Source of the DNA: Laetmonice hystrix
Lineage: Eukaryota
Direction of reading: 5' to 3'
Length of the DNA stretch: 64,000 bases
Assembly: GCA_965235115.1 (NCBI GenBank)
Contig: OZ249436.1
Span: 58,900,001-58,964,000, forward strand
Below, in pieces: positions 39,501 to 54,000 of the stretch. A program made the translations under genes and the position numbers. How positions within the stretch are numbered: position 1 is the first letter of the stretch; every line of letters begins with the position of its first letter. Under the pieces are notes generated by a model. The model was not told the origin of the DNA. It saw nothing but the letters and a program-made list of their open reading frames with translations, and did not search any database.

Positions 39501-42500
39501 TCTGCAACTTTAAACCTTTGGTATCTGGACAGGTTGGAAATACCGGTTTAAGACTCATTTCATCACTGGAACATTAAGTTGCTAAAACAGGATATCGAAG
39601 CACATGACAGAATAATGCCTATTTACCGTAAATATTCTAGGGGTGTACATTCTACAGCTATATATAATTGGGGAAACGTAAAGAATGTGTGTTGATACCG
39701 TTATGGTCTGTGATTGTAGGTGTGATATAATGAATCTGATTGATGAACTATTTATTAACTATTGACAGTCATACACACATTTGAGGTTACAGTCTCAAAT
39801 AACTGCTTGATTTCGAGCCTTTGTAACAAATGCGAGGTTAAATTTGGAAACAGTTTAGGTGTATCCCACCAGACATTCCCATGTGATTTTGATAAAGTGT
39901 CATGTTAGAATAATCTGACGTTAAATCAATATGATTCAAATTATAACTGAAATTACATCATTACAGTATACAAATTTGCATGGTTTAATTTTAATGGTTA
40001 CACTGATTGCTATGTGGTTGGGGACGTTTGGTGTTATGACTTAGATGTATGGAAGTGATATTAATTATGTAAATTTAGCTCTTCAACATCTCGAGCCATG
40101 CTGAGGCATACGGTTTGTACCGACGAGAATGGTAGGGAAATCGTCTCATTGATGTAGGTACCTAATTGCCTTTTAATGCGTATAAAAGTGATTCCTGTTT
40201 TAAATTTCAAAAATGAACAATCCTATCTCTTTTTTGAGTGAGTTATAGTATTGTAGACAGTAAATTAGTACTGCTAGTGAAAATAACAGGGTGGGGTAAA
40301 TCTCATTATAGAATACTCGCTAACAGAAATCCAATGATGTTAAAAGCAGTATAATGCGTGACAGTTTTGATGTTTATCAGATGAATTATTGATAGCAAGA
40401 TTATCTTTTGTATTTATGTGATTTTTTGTTAATTAATGTAAGCCGCCCTTCGAATACATGTTAGGTCCTTTGCGGGGGGAGCCACTATTCATATGTAAGC
40501 ACAAGAGACTGACATATCACAGGAAGGTCCATAGCAGCTAGGTACATACTCCTTTCGGCAGGAATGTTCCAGGCAAGCAAGGCAGAATAACACCGTTTAT
40601 GGAATGTCTTCTACCTGTCCTTATTTGGATGTTTAACTTTAGTAGACTAAAGATTTTAAATGCAACTTCAGCTGATTTCGACCTGATTTTGCATATGAAT
40701 CGGTGCACGTTGGCTGAAGACTGAAAGTGTCAATATGTATAGCACTGAATATAATATCATTTTCGAAAAAAAAGTATGTCTTTTCATTCTATTCCTGACA
40801 ACTGTTATCATATTCCAACACGAACAAATCCTCTACAAGCCCTTCTCTTAAGGCCTGACTTATACTGATTATACACTGCGTAAAAAATGTCACATGTTGC
40901 TAAATGTCATGCCCAGAGCTCGTGCCTGTCCATGCATTCACTGCAGGCGATGGGTTATTAATATTTCAACCGCTTAGCAGTGAATATTGAAGGCATGAAG
41001 CATGAAAGTAGTGCAGCGACGCCATCCGAGGGGTGGGTCTCGCAAGCTGAGCATTCTGGGTCAGGCCTAGGTCTTGGGGACAGTAATTGGATTATGGCCT
41101 CAATATAAAGACAATACCATCACTCAAGACTGCCGTATTTAGAGACTAACATGGAAAGGCAAGAACATTATGAGTTGAAATAGTCCCCCCTGCCTGCCCA
41201 CGGTTTTCTCTACTCTTGGTGAGGTGTAAATTAGGTTAACCGTGAATACTGCTCCGGTACATGACCACCAGCTCCCAACGCTCGTCAAACATGGTACATC
41301 AACGCTCGTGTGAATCCCCACCTCGCTCCTCCTGTATCGAACCTTCGCTTGCCATTCCTCCCCACCCCCACCCCTAACCTTCCATCAGCTCACAAACTTA
41401 ACCAGATTTAGAATACTTTAAAATGGCTCCGGTCCACACGTTTTGGTTCTGGTGAAACTTTCACCCGGAAACCGTTTACCACCTTGACTGTCGTGATTGG
41501 CCTATATTTTTTTCGGCCTGGCATATTTTCCCCCGAGTGAGTGCGGTTACAAGATTAATCAGTCAATCAGTGATGCTGCACAGATTACGGCGTTTTGTCA
41601 AGGGAACACCATCAGGCTCTTCTGAAACTCGATAGTTTTGTCACATTTGTAACTTTTAACAATAAAACGACTTTGAATGGTCCATCAACACAAACAAACT
41701 ACTTAATGTCAAAGGTAACCGCATGGTTTTAATTTAGGAGGGCTCTAGTGTCAGTGTCATTGTAGTAAGAACAAAGATAAAGCAAGAAATGGCTGCTTCC
41801 ATTGCGACATTTTCAGAAAATGACATTGCCAGAAAAATACTACACACTACAAATTTGTAGAGAGAAAAGTACAAGTCTGTAAAGCGAATAACCAAAGGTC
41901 TGCATCGGAAAGGGTCGGTAAGAAGCGTTCACACTTCTACGTGAACGCTAGGACGAACTTCACACTGCAATCGATGAGGTGATTCTGTTCCTGGGAATCA
42001 GAATCCAGGTAGGACAGAACTCGGCAGTTGGAATTCGTTAGGTATCTCTTAAAAAATGAAGACATTGGCTGCTAGGTTAGATAAGGCCTTAGACTACATA
42101 AATCAATAATGTATACCCACAGAAATGGAGAAATCCAATGAATTCAATATTCCAGTTGCCTGTTGTCGCTGTGAAGCGATCGTCTTATGACTGGTTGTTG
42201 ACAAAATCGTTGACCTGGCATTCGCTTTATAGCGACAACAGGCAACCCCATTCTCAGAACAGCCATGTCGAAGATATGTGATATTGTCAGAGCACTACTT
42301 TTACAAACCCGAGTCGTTCTTGTTGGACCATTCATGACGATATATATATCTATAGGCTAATGCACATATTTTGATGATTCTATGCTATGTGTGCATTAGC
42401 TTGCCTGAAGAAATTCTACTTTATACGAGTTTGTTGGGGATGGGGCCCTATCACAGGACCGCATAGGGGAAACAACACAAACGATTGGGTCACGCGACGT

Positions 42501-44519
42501 GACCGTTAAAATCAGGCATAACACCACCTCAACAGTCCTTTATGTGAGCTCACGTCCACCTCGATTATCTTTTTCTCGTTATATTGTATTTATTGTCACA
42601 ATCTCAGAGCATGTGGATCATTAAGTCGACTCTCTCGACAATGGTTAAAATTTCAGGTTTTTTTTATTTCTAATTTAAACCAAGACCCACATAGATGTGT
42701 GTGTGTTTCATTGCGATACGTTATCCCCAATGTCTGCCTGGTGTGTGGCCAAGTGGTCTCTGGTCATCTATCCTCATCAAACCATTCTGCTCAATCCGGC
42801 CAGCTGATGACCACCTAAGTGACACGGCTCGCCCGACGATCTCTATGCTCTGCTCTACACCAGCTCAAATTAGGCTTGCCAACCGGTCCTCAGTGCCTGG
42901 TCCTAACAGACTTGGGCACGCACACGTCTAGGCTTTCTAATGTGCCATATTGTCTGTGAAACTTGTGTTCAATACTAAATCAAATGCAGTCAGTATACGT
43001 CTGCCCACGCCAACGACTGCAACTGTCGCAGATATCTGATATTCGATTACAATAAACAAGTTTTTTCCATATAACTTAAGCACCCACACACACCCTTCAT
43101 CAGCATTTTCCTGGTAGGCACGACATCCATCTGGAATCCCAGTGCAGCGTAGCAATAAATATATAGGGTGAAACACTATATTCTACTGTGTAGTCAGTCT
43201 GCTGTCAAAGAAATATGAGGGGTTCTAAACATTCACCTGCATTCGCAACCCTTGACCAACTTTAAAACCTGTATTTATGTGGCTGAGAAGCTTCCATCTA
43301 AATCAACCAGAAAACAGTGTCTTCAGAAATACGTTCTGAAGGACGGAGATGGGAGGGAGAGATTTGTCCAGTATACTAAATACACAAAAGAGAAATACCC
43401 AAAACACGACCGTACCCATGCATCTTCCTATAACTGTTTTCAACATAATGCTCAAATCACACACTAATAATTATCTGTTGAAAAACTGTTACAATTGGAC
43501 AATTCAAATAGATAAATCATACATCCATTCACACATGTAACTTCATTGATAGGCTTCTCAATATATCAACCTTTAAAAGGTGTATTTCATGTTCCAATGT
43601 CAAATCATTATCCTTTACTATGGACCAGTGAGAAGTGTCTTTCATCAGTCATTACCAAGAGGTTTATAGCCAGCTGAAGATGGATGACGCATACGTACTC
43701 TGTTTAGAATGGCAAGGAAGCCGCCAGTACTAGCAGCCCTCCGACGGTTTCTTATTGCCGCTGTCAGAGCAGTGATTTATAAGGAGAAGGATCATAAAGC
43801 CTTAGATATACCTCAAAGCCAAAGAAGCGCGGGCATCGTCTCAGGTCAAGGGTATCACCATGCTAGGGGTTAGTGTTTCCTTCGATAAAGACTCGGCAAT
43901 TGCACTAATGTCGACTGGTATAACGATTGTATACTGCCCTATCCCGACCTTGTTGTATTATTAACCTGCCACCTGCATAGAGAGCTGAATGTCATGACGA
44001 TCTCTCTCATCCCTTCTCTGCTATCATTTCAGAGTAGTGGCACGATCGGCTGGCTGAAAGGTAAATGGAGTGGTACGTAAGGTCAGCTTTAAGCCTGTAA
44101 CCTAATGTAGCGTTTAGATACAAGCGAAATATCGCTCAGCACATGGACGGCTGGTCGCTTATCTCTGTCTGAACACGGCAAGTTTGATCAGTTGGTTTGT
44201 TGACGCGAGAATTTTGTCCCTCATCCCTGCTTCACTGATCCCAAGAAATCACTACGCCCACACTCGGAAAAGCTTGCTACTATACTGACCAGCGCCTCCT
44301 GGGATCATTACAAGCACTTTTTTCTATGTCACGTACAAAACTGTAGTGTCAGATCCCAATCGCTTGGCCATTATAGAGATAAGTCTGTCTGTTTCACTCA
44401 TCACTTTCTTGGAGTATGCCTACTCGACCTTTTGCCATTGACCATAAACTTTCCACCCTTCAGCCGAATTTACAAACGTGGAACGTAATGATACGTCGTC
44501 AGGTAGAATATTAGTAAGG

Positions 44520-44990
44520 TATGTAGATTGGAGAGTGTAACCGAGCCAGACCCCTCTGGACATAACTTTAGCATCTTCTGCTCTAAGTCTCCACGTCTCT
44601 AGGCCACGCCTAAACATCAGCAAACCACTTAATGGGTAGATTTAACAGAGTTAGTCGTTCTGCAGGTCCGGATTGGCAGGACAAAGCCATGCTGGCTAGA
44701 CTAAACACACTATCTCTGCCTGCCATATGTATTTGACACATGATTTCCCCTTTTAGTGGACTTGCTCTGTGGACACCATGGATTAAACCCTTGGTGACAG
44801 AAGGCAAGCGTGTCTTTATTACCTTACGAGGGTCTGCTTTGTCTGCTCGGCCAGCTGGCCTGGAAATCATTGGATCCTTCAGAGTTGGAGCCTGGCCCGA
44901 TTCTAAAATGGCGCTAGGGGGAAGAGTTGTGCACACCCTATAATTTGTGCCCGGCTCGAGCACAGACCGTGGGCCGTGGTACATCGGATG
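44520..44990 (-). mobile_element. Possible decayed LINE ORF1 (I/Nimb-like gag protein) fragment
   Basis: The frame contains VIKTRLPSVTKGLIHGV... followed by a degenerate RRC*..QR.. segment. This resembles the KGVIxGV...PxRCxxCQxxGH layout of I-group ORF1. Weak. Confidence 0.3.
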
Positions 44991-47900
44991 ACGACGATGC
45001 CGTCAAATCGTTGCTGCTGACAGCTCTCCAGCAGCTGCAGCCAACACGTATGCAAACTTGGTCAGTGAGCAGTGGCAAACACTCGGCTCGCTGGCCAGCC
45101 GCCTTGCCGACTGACACTCTCCATCTGACTCGGTCTGCGGCTCGCCGCCCGCCGCTACATCTGAGGCGGCGCAGCAGGAGACGTGTTCATCAAGGCCCAT
45201 TAAGGAAGCTACATGAAAGGAAAGCGTGAAGTGTTCCGGAGCCAGTGCTCTTTCAAACGGTCCAGTGCTTTAAGCTGTTCCCACCTAAGAGGTTGCATGG
45301 CTGTTTCTGACATCTCTAGTAGCCTTACAAGAATCAAAAGGCCAGTCATTATCGCTCAGCGCCACGGCTCCGCCACGGCTGTCTGGCGCATGTATTGAAT
45401 TCGCCCCTAGAAACAACGCTCTCCATCAGACTCTGGGTGACTTGACTTGAATTTTCGAAAATATGCTCTACGTAAGTCATTGACTTTCCTACTTTGCCTT
45501 ACTTTATCTAGTCATAGAATATTTCAAATGCATAGAGATGATATTCAGAACAGACATTGCCTGCTGGTCCACAATGAAGATGGTAAAATATGTAAGTGGT
45601 TACATATAGATAGACAAAGACTAATATTGATGATCTCACACCATCCCAGGCAGCCAACATGATTAGAAAGTCGGTGCCTCACACTGTGATCATCCACTGG
45701 ACCTTTATATTACCGTCTACATTATACTAAAAGCCTACGCAGCATGGAATTGGTCCAGAGGAATTATGGTATTTAACTTGGCGTAAAAACCGCTTTTAGA
45801 TGATGATGAATTACACTGACCACCTTGCGGTGCCAGTGAATGATGGTAAAAGCAGGTTATATTCATATCACATCGCGATTAAACTTGGATCATTGACAGG
45901 GCCAACAACATCACAACAAATTATTCCACATTCACACACAGACAAAAAGCGCCGCCAGTGATGAAAAATGCATCGAAGGATGTGTGAGGGTTGGGTTATT
46001 AGTATGCATTATATGGCTTTGTGGTACGATCTGCCTGCTGCGACCAATCCCAGGCTCAGTGGGGGCCAATTACACTAGTTCAAGCCAGCCCGGCGCTCAC
46101 GGACTGCATGGGCCAGCAACTGGTTTCTGGCGGCCGCCCAGCCCCACGCAATCGGTAAGAGACGGGGCTATGTCAGCACTGGTCAGCAGTGGTCAGCTAG
46201 ATTCCCGTCTTGAGGGGCTTAACGGTGGCTGCCGGCCGACTGACCATTCCCACGGTATGGACGGACATCATTAGGAGGGGAAGTGGGACCGTCGGAAGGA
46301 GGGAGGGGGCGCGGACTATGGGCTCAAAACACCCCCGTAAAACAAAGATCCATCTTCTGGCTGCCACATGTAATCATGGTGCATATTTGACGCCAAGAAC
46401 CCGACTGTCGTATCCAAGAAGGAGAACATAATGTTTCCAAATATGGGCTTGATTCATTAAATAACCTCTCACGCGAGGTACACGCGGGTAGAACATGGAT
46501 CAAATATATTTCCAGGAATACATGGTGGCTGTGTAGGCCCTATATAATGTAGTTTACATCAGACATTGGTAATATAATCAATCGTGTATCTTTCAGCTCA
46601 GGACATTAATGGACAATTCTAATCTAAACCTTCTTTTATTGAGCATGAAATCTGAAGAAGAATTGACAAGAGTAAATCTCTTGCCAGGAAAGTGCAATGC
46701 ATCAAGTAGAAGCCTGCCGATATTTCCCAAGGCTATCTTTACAGGCACTAGATAACTCAATGCAGATAATGCGGTTTTATATAAGAAAAATAGGACTTCA
46801 AGTCTGATTTGTAAAAACATCCAGAGAAACAGCCAATGAGTGCTACTCCTGAAATATGTTAATAAGTGAAGGCATCAAGTATAGAGCTTCAGCGGGTAAT
46901 CAATATCAGACATAATACCACATTGAACAGACATGCTGGCAAGAAATCCCACCCACAATATTGATCATTGGGTTGTTTGCCTCCCATAAAAGTGTGCAGA
47001 AATGCAGTGTAGATATCACGTTTCCAATCAGCCCATGTTGAGTGTGTCTTCACTGATTCCGCTATGTTTGCACTGATGTAACATTTGGGTGTCACTCACT
47101 TCACCGGTAATCAATAGAAGAATACGTAAACATCCAGAGTGAGGGGTGTTCTGTTAATCTTGAATTAATGTGTGTATAGTATGTGTGAGCCAGGTCCTTC
47201 TCGGGGGAAGTCTAAGGGTTCTTCAAGTGAAGAGCCGCTCTTGTTGAGGAGCCCTTGGATGCCGTCAACAAGCGGACTGTTGGTCTCATACATGGGAACT
47301 CACTCGATATGCTGTTTGCTACAGCAACTCACGGTGAGGCTGGCAGAAAATGGAACTCAGGAGGCTGTTACAGGGACACAATAATCATAGTCTGTAGTGG
47401 ATGACGGCTTCCAACTCGACATGGAAGCCCACTCCAGCCGCCATCAATCACCAATTGAAAAAGGTCTTGCCAAACCTGACCACTGCGACATCCATATCGA
47501 GAGGTGGCCACCACAGATCAAGCATGTCGTCCACTGCTGGACCAGGCTGAGCGCAGTTCAGAGGGGAACCCCGCCCGCTCAACTCCTCTCAGTGGGCGTT
47601 GAAAAAGGTGGCCATTACTGGTTAAAGCTGCTCGTTTTCTTGCCAAATCAAATTGACTGACTTTCTGATATTGCGCATCATTATTTTACTCAATACATTT
47701 GTTCATTCTTATTATATTTAAACTTAGAAGACTGCTAAAGTGCCTATTGTGGATCGATTTGGATTGGTCATAAAAAAAAACGTTAGAAGAGGCAGGAACA
47801 ACTTTTTTTAATCATCTTATGACGGTGAAATGTAAGCTTTTAGAAGTATTGAACGGAACTACAATGCCCTTACAACTCAAAAACTGAGACAAGTCCGAGC

Positions 47901-50900
47901 AATCATAATTCACTTGCTTCTCGAATCACCTGCTTATTATGATTGCCAATCTGAACAGCGCACCTGTGCAGTTAACGGTGTTTTGTGATCATTAATCTTG
48001 CGGCACGGACTGTCTAAGGCAGTGACTGTGGCCAAGTTAGTTCCACCTAAGAGCTATGAGCAGCAGTCTGCATGCTGTGCAAATGATGCGCACATTGTAG
48101 GTCTTCCCCTATTTCTAGCAATGTAAACATGACCCACGTTAGAGGCTGTTCAGAATCCTCGCTAGAGACCACAGACCTCTTCCAAATGGACCAAATGCTA
48201 TTTCAGGTGGTTGCAATATCTCAACCCTGTTCTGAATGGTGCCCGTCCCTGGGGATGCTAACCGAACGCAAACCGTGCCCATTTCATTAGTATGCAGGCC
48301 TCGTATTGGGCAAATTGATTGTCACGTATCACTTGACAGGATTGGTGACCGCAAGCTTTGCACCTTTGAACAGTTAAAAAAAGAAACAGAAGGAAGACGG
48401 TATTGTTAGTCATCTGAGGGTGAGCAACGCCCTCATAAGATCCCCATAGATCAACAGTGGCAGTCTATCATCACTCGGTATCAAAGTCCAAATCTCATCA
48501 TGGCTCCGCATCAAACAATCAAGTAGCGCTCTAGTCCCGGGATTTCATCTCGTCCCAATCTCATCAACGTGGGGAAAGGAGAGCCTGGCTTTGTGTTGTG
48601 TCACACGGCGCCGCGGCACTGGCTAGCAGACATGTCATGTCATTCAAGAGCAGAAATTGCACATTGATTCCAGCCCTGACCCTTCAGGCATCTGCCTCCC
48701 AGTGATATGCTGTGACCACTTGATGTGGAGAATACAGCTCCGAGTTGGCTGACCATGACAGGCAAGTGCACAAGGCTCCGCTATTACCCAGCCCCTAATC
48801 TGACTACTATCAGCCATGTCATCTTGACATGATCACCCGTCATATACTGGCTGCTCAACAGTAAATAACGCGACAGTAGGCCAGCTATTTGCCACCGTCA
48901 TGTCAGCCTGCCTTTGGCTCCTCTGCCTAGTGTAGCCGTCAACAGGACAACATCAGAATAGGGCCGTTCTAAAATGGTCTGTTTTTTATGAGTTATGATT
49001 TAGCCATCAATACTGATCGAATACCCGGCCAAAGTTGATACGTTGTTGGGGCTTGGTTTCGTCCCTCCCTTCTGCCGCCTATAATATACGAGAAGACCCG
49101 TAACATCCTACACCATACAGACCCTATATATATTCCAGCATCACGCAACAAATTGCTTTTCCGACCACGTAACTCTATGAAATCATGTATAGGAATCTGA
49201 GCGATGTATTGGCAAAGAAGAGCCAATATTATCCCTAGACAGAAGCATATCTATGACTTATAAATCTTTCTAATGGTCTTCATGGAAATACACTGCGGAC
49301 AGGATAATATTTCTTCTTGTCGGCATAATTGCAGAATATGCGGCAAAATGAGAACCCGGAATAGGCAGGCTCAAACAGAAGGCAAAGCAGCTTCCTATAT
49401 ACGATTGATCCACCGTGGCTATATAAGCACATACATCCTGAACTTTGTTATTATGGCGTCGGAAGCGGCGTTCAAAGATGCATTACAAACGGCCTTTCGC
49501 TGAAAAATAGACACCACATAAACCAAAGAGTGATGATCACTTATATATGAAAGTCTGTCGATGTCTGGACTCCTGGTCGCTATTGAATGTCCAGACGCCA
49601 GCTGGACCAGTCTGACACAGTCTCCCAGTATGGGCAGTAGTCTATAACAACGTCTTGTACATCACAGGCATCTCGGATACTGCATGGTCTGGCTCTACCG
49701 TAATGTATCATTGTCTCCATGGATCAACAGCACAACTTTGACCTGGAAAGGTTCTCTTTAACTCATGAACCTGGCGATCAATACTGAATTTCCCAAATGA
49801 TACGATTTCACATGGTGCTACTGATGACTAGTGCGATAAGGAAGAGAAAATGTTAATATAACTAATGGGGATATATTTTACACAGATATATACCTTCCGA
49901 ACGCGTTGAATCTGACACACAGAAATGTTCGACTTACTGCGTTTACAGCCAGGTATACTGATAATGATTTGGTCATCGCAGTATTTGAATCACTGCCAAA
50001 AGCTACATGTACTCATCCAGAATGTAACTTTTACCACTGACAGGGTATAACGTGCAAATAACACATCATATAACTGAAAGTCCATGGACGCTAGTCATCT
50101 AAGAATCCATTACAAAACGGACACTAAACTGATGTGTGCGCCTCTATTAAAAGCCGACTTCCCGTACAAACCGCTGTCACGCTGGACTTCGTCTCCAGCA
50201 CGGCTTCTGTAGCACACCGCTGGAATGTGTCAATATACCGTTACTCCTGACACATCTCGAGCGTTAACTCCTTACTTCCCCCATGTGGAGTGTTAACTCC
50301 TTAGTCCCCACGCCATAGATCTGTGCACCCCAGGAGGTAGAATAGTACGAACCATAACAACATGCGGTGGCATCACAGAATGACTACTGAATTTATAAAG
50401 AGAGCGTGATCACAGTGGACTATGACAAAGCACATAAAGATGACAGGTCCGCCGTTCTTGCTGGCTCAACCATCAACCGATGCAAACCCTGCCTTCCACA
50501 ACTGATGGTACGTACATGACCTGGAACCTGGTTTGCACCCAGGTGCATAGCTCTCACCACTCAGACACCAATTGCTTTCTTCAAAAGCCAGAGAACATGC
50601 ATACTTCATGAGCATCCCTAGCCAGGCTATGCATGCCCCCATACAAACAGAGCTCGACTGCCTTCCCCCATACATCTTCCGGTACCATTATAATAATGAG
50701 CGAGCTGAAGCAAATTGCAGCACCTCATCGGGGAATCAACCACTGCCAAAAACCCGTTCAGTTGTCAATTAAATAACAATTGTATGACATCAAGTGGATG
50801 ACTTTAAATGCCATTGTGATGGGTATTCGTGCCCCTGAGAAGGTTCCTGGTTCCTGAGTAAACCATTACTCAGAGGGTCCACTTCCATGCAGCAGCTGTA

Positions 50901-51912
50901 GAGGCACGCAACGAGGCACTGCTGGCCATCTAACACATTCCTCACCAATGTTGTTTCTCCGGATTGAATGCTTCCCCAGATCACATAATATTTTCATACC
51001 ATTAACATCAGGCTTTCCCATTGTTATTTATTATTGAAATCCATTTTCCAAATTCTCAGCCGAATGAAGTTTTCAGGGACAGGGTTTTATTAACAGCTGA
51101 TTGGATGAGATCCCGATGGTGTGCTAGTTCCCTGCATGCTTTCACCCGTCTTCAACAATGCTCGGTAACAATTGGTGTCCTGGCTGCTGCAAGCATTTCT
51201 CAACAAGGACCTAGCAGACCTATTCCACATGGATTCTCTGTTAGCTTTGTGCCAAAACTCGCAAATTGAACTGCACAAAAACAAGCCATCTCTGTAAAAT
51301 ATTTGCAAACAGGGGCGTTGAAAGGCTCCATTATAAGGAGCTAACCAAGTATTGCGTACAGGTTGTAACCAACGTTTAAGAGCACCCCCACCCCCACCCC
51401 ACCGCACCCCCACCCTCATAGAGGACTTGGACGTTCAAGCGTCAGGTATTTCCATGTTGAATCAACGTCATGCTGCCAGGTTCTCTAAGAAACCAAAAAA
51501 ATATATACAAGTGAGACCGATCAATACCAGCCGGAATCAGGTTCACCTGCTGCAATGACAAGGCAGGTTATGTGATATCACATAAAAAGCTTTCGCAAAT
51601 ACTTCCGAGGTGCCGATAAAAGCGCACTTGAGTAGCTTTTTGGTTGTGACGTTTGTATATAATAAATAATTCATCTATGCTGTTATCCTGTGACGAGACC
51701 CACATTTCTACGTTCACAGCTCACGCTTAAACACGGATAACAGTTGGAACCCAATTACTTTGCATGTAGTAAGAATAAAAAATAATATAAGAAACCATGT
51801 CACGTAAACATGTGCGTTGACATTAAAGTATTATAGTAACGTTTCGTTCAATATTATATGAAAGAGGAAGGGACCAGGGCCTGGTATATTTTTTCTATTT
51901 TTATTTTTGGGG

Positions 51913-52037
51913 GTTTACCTTTCCAACCTGACCAAGGGTGAGCTGAGCTGAGACAAGGTGAGGTGAGGATGAGCAAGGGCATTTCATCATTACCTCACCT
52001 CAGCTGAGCTCTCCTTGCTCAGGGTGGAAAGGTAAAC
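51913..52037. mobile_element. Short fold-back element (~125 bp) with ~40-bp imperfect inverted arms
   Basis: gtttacctttccaacctgaccaagggtgagctgagctgag pairs with ctcagctgagctctccttgctcagggtggaaaggtaaac. The interior also has gaggtgagg/cctcacctc pairing. Confidence 0.7.
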
Positions 52038-52046
52038 AAAAAACCG

Positions 52047-52130
52047 GGCCCAAGCCTACATTTCAATGCAAAAACCAAATATCACAGTCTGGCCCAAGCC
52101 TACATTTCAATGCAAAAACCAAATATCACA
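52047..52130. repeat. Exact 40-bp direct duplication with a 4-bp spacer
   Basis: ggcccaagcctacatttcaatgcaaaaaccaaatatcaca at 52047-52086 and 52091-52130. Confidence 0.95.
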
Positions 52131-53499
52131 ATCTTCTTTCAGACTGTTTTGTACTTGTAAATCACTCTAGTTAAACTAGTTAACACCACATTCAATAATG
52201 GTACCAGCACAGTCTGCATGTACAGGTACGGTATATTCAATGGCATCTCAGAAACCATCTAAATTGTGAAACCCATTACATTTCGTCTCTACATCATTGA
52301 TGACTCCAAAAGCGGCTTGCATCGCCCTAACTAGTCTTAGCCATTTAAACAGGTATTTATGTTTTGGGTTTAGGAAGAGTCAAATCAATTATGTAGAGGA
52401 TGAGCTTTTATAATTAGTGAGAACACTATACCCATGCAATTGCCAAAACAGCAGCAGAAGATGCTATGTCTACACCACCTGCGCCATCTCTCTGGTCCTC
52501 ATCTTTGTTGTATTTCTCTTCACGCAGTGATGCATAACTTCCCCCAAAAAAAGACTTGTCTCAGAGCTACTAATCATCATTTTCGAAAATTGGAATGTGC
52601 TTATGAATTGAGCTAACATTAACATCCTAGCTTTAACAACCTTAGTTTTTCGAATACGGTCAAAATATTATGTTTCAGTAGTCTATGATCAGCCTTAAAT
52701 GTCAAAATCAATATTACAAGTCAACATAACATTACTGCAACACAGATACTGGATGTGAGCCCAACCTAGGCTCGGATCACAGCGGAGAGACATTCCATCC
52801 GCCTCATTGTATTACTCTTACTTAATATCAGCCTGGCTCAATTCATCACAACCTCTGCGAAATATCAGGGCAGGAAAAGTCTTATATTATCCAAAATTAA
52901 TAGAAGATGCCTATTGATTGCCATCAATCAATCTACGGGTCTACCAGGTATGGGGGCAGCAAATCATAATGGCTGAATGCTGCTGATGTAGCACCGACCT
53001 GTGCGACGGGTGCTGCTCATTGTTGCCAAATGAATATAAATTCATCACCGGAGAAACCACCTCACCGACTGGCCCACCACAGGTTGGGAACACTGCCGCC
53101 ACTATAACCTAGCATAAATATTGACAGCAGTTGCATGCCAAGCAGGCATATCGGGCAGTGCGCGGGCGCTGCGGCGTGCTCACTCGGAGCTGTTTGCGCT
53201 CCCAATCACTACGACGAGCAACCTGGGCGGCCAGATCTTCCCGGTGGTAGCGGCTGGTTTCACCCGGCCCCGTGTCCCCGCCACCCTCTCCCAGCCACAA
53301 CACTCGGAGCACCGGTCCCTTTCCCAACATGTATGCACTGCCATCGCCGGTAGTTTCTCTGAGAAAAAGGCCTCATCGGCTAGCTTAACATACACTTTGC
53401 TTAATGGATGTATGAAATGGATTGAAATTGGAAAAAATGCCGGTACGACCATAGAAAGAATTATTATCAACAACATTTCTGCAACATATACATTGGACC

Positions 53500-54000
53500 A
53501 AATAGTTGCTACAAACACTTTCCTCTGCGAAAGATTTAGATGCATCACTCAAACCTGCAGAATATGAGAGAGTGTATTTAAATTCTATCAGATCTGAGTA
53601 TTACGGGCTGAAAAACGTATATGACTGTCCTTTTCACATATCAACCCTCCGAGGAGTAATGCCAAAAACAAATTCAGCAGGTTTAGATGCAGTATCATAC
53701 ATATTTAGGGCCATCATTAAACATTGTTTGCACCATACGTCTATATTGAACTAGCAGAACCCATTACAAAGGAAGAAAATGTTATTAATATTTAAAACAT
53801 ATATCTTGGCCGAGGATGAGTGATTTGGTGTTTTGCGGCCTCTCGTACATCTAGTTCAATCCATACTGAACACTGATGATGAGGGTATGATTTTCTGAAC
53901 GTGAGCCGAACAGTCGGTGATCACTTATCACCAATCAGCTCGGGTTCTATCAACTGGAGAATGCAGGCCAGATCGAGAGCACCTGAAACCTTACAGCGCG
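53500..54000 (+). mobile_element. Decayed LINE ORF2 (pre-RT/RT start) fragment
   Basis: PFHISTLRGVMPKTNSAGLDAVSY resembles the PF...EL..A....K.SAPGPD.I.Y motif of I/Nimb/Jockey ORF2. ITNQLGF near 53925-53948 resembles QxGFR. Multiple stops. Confidence 0.35.
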
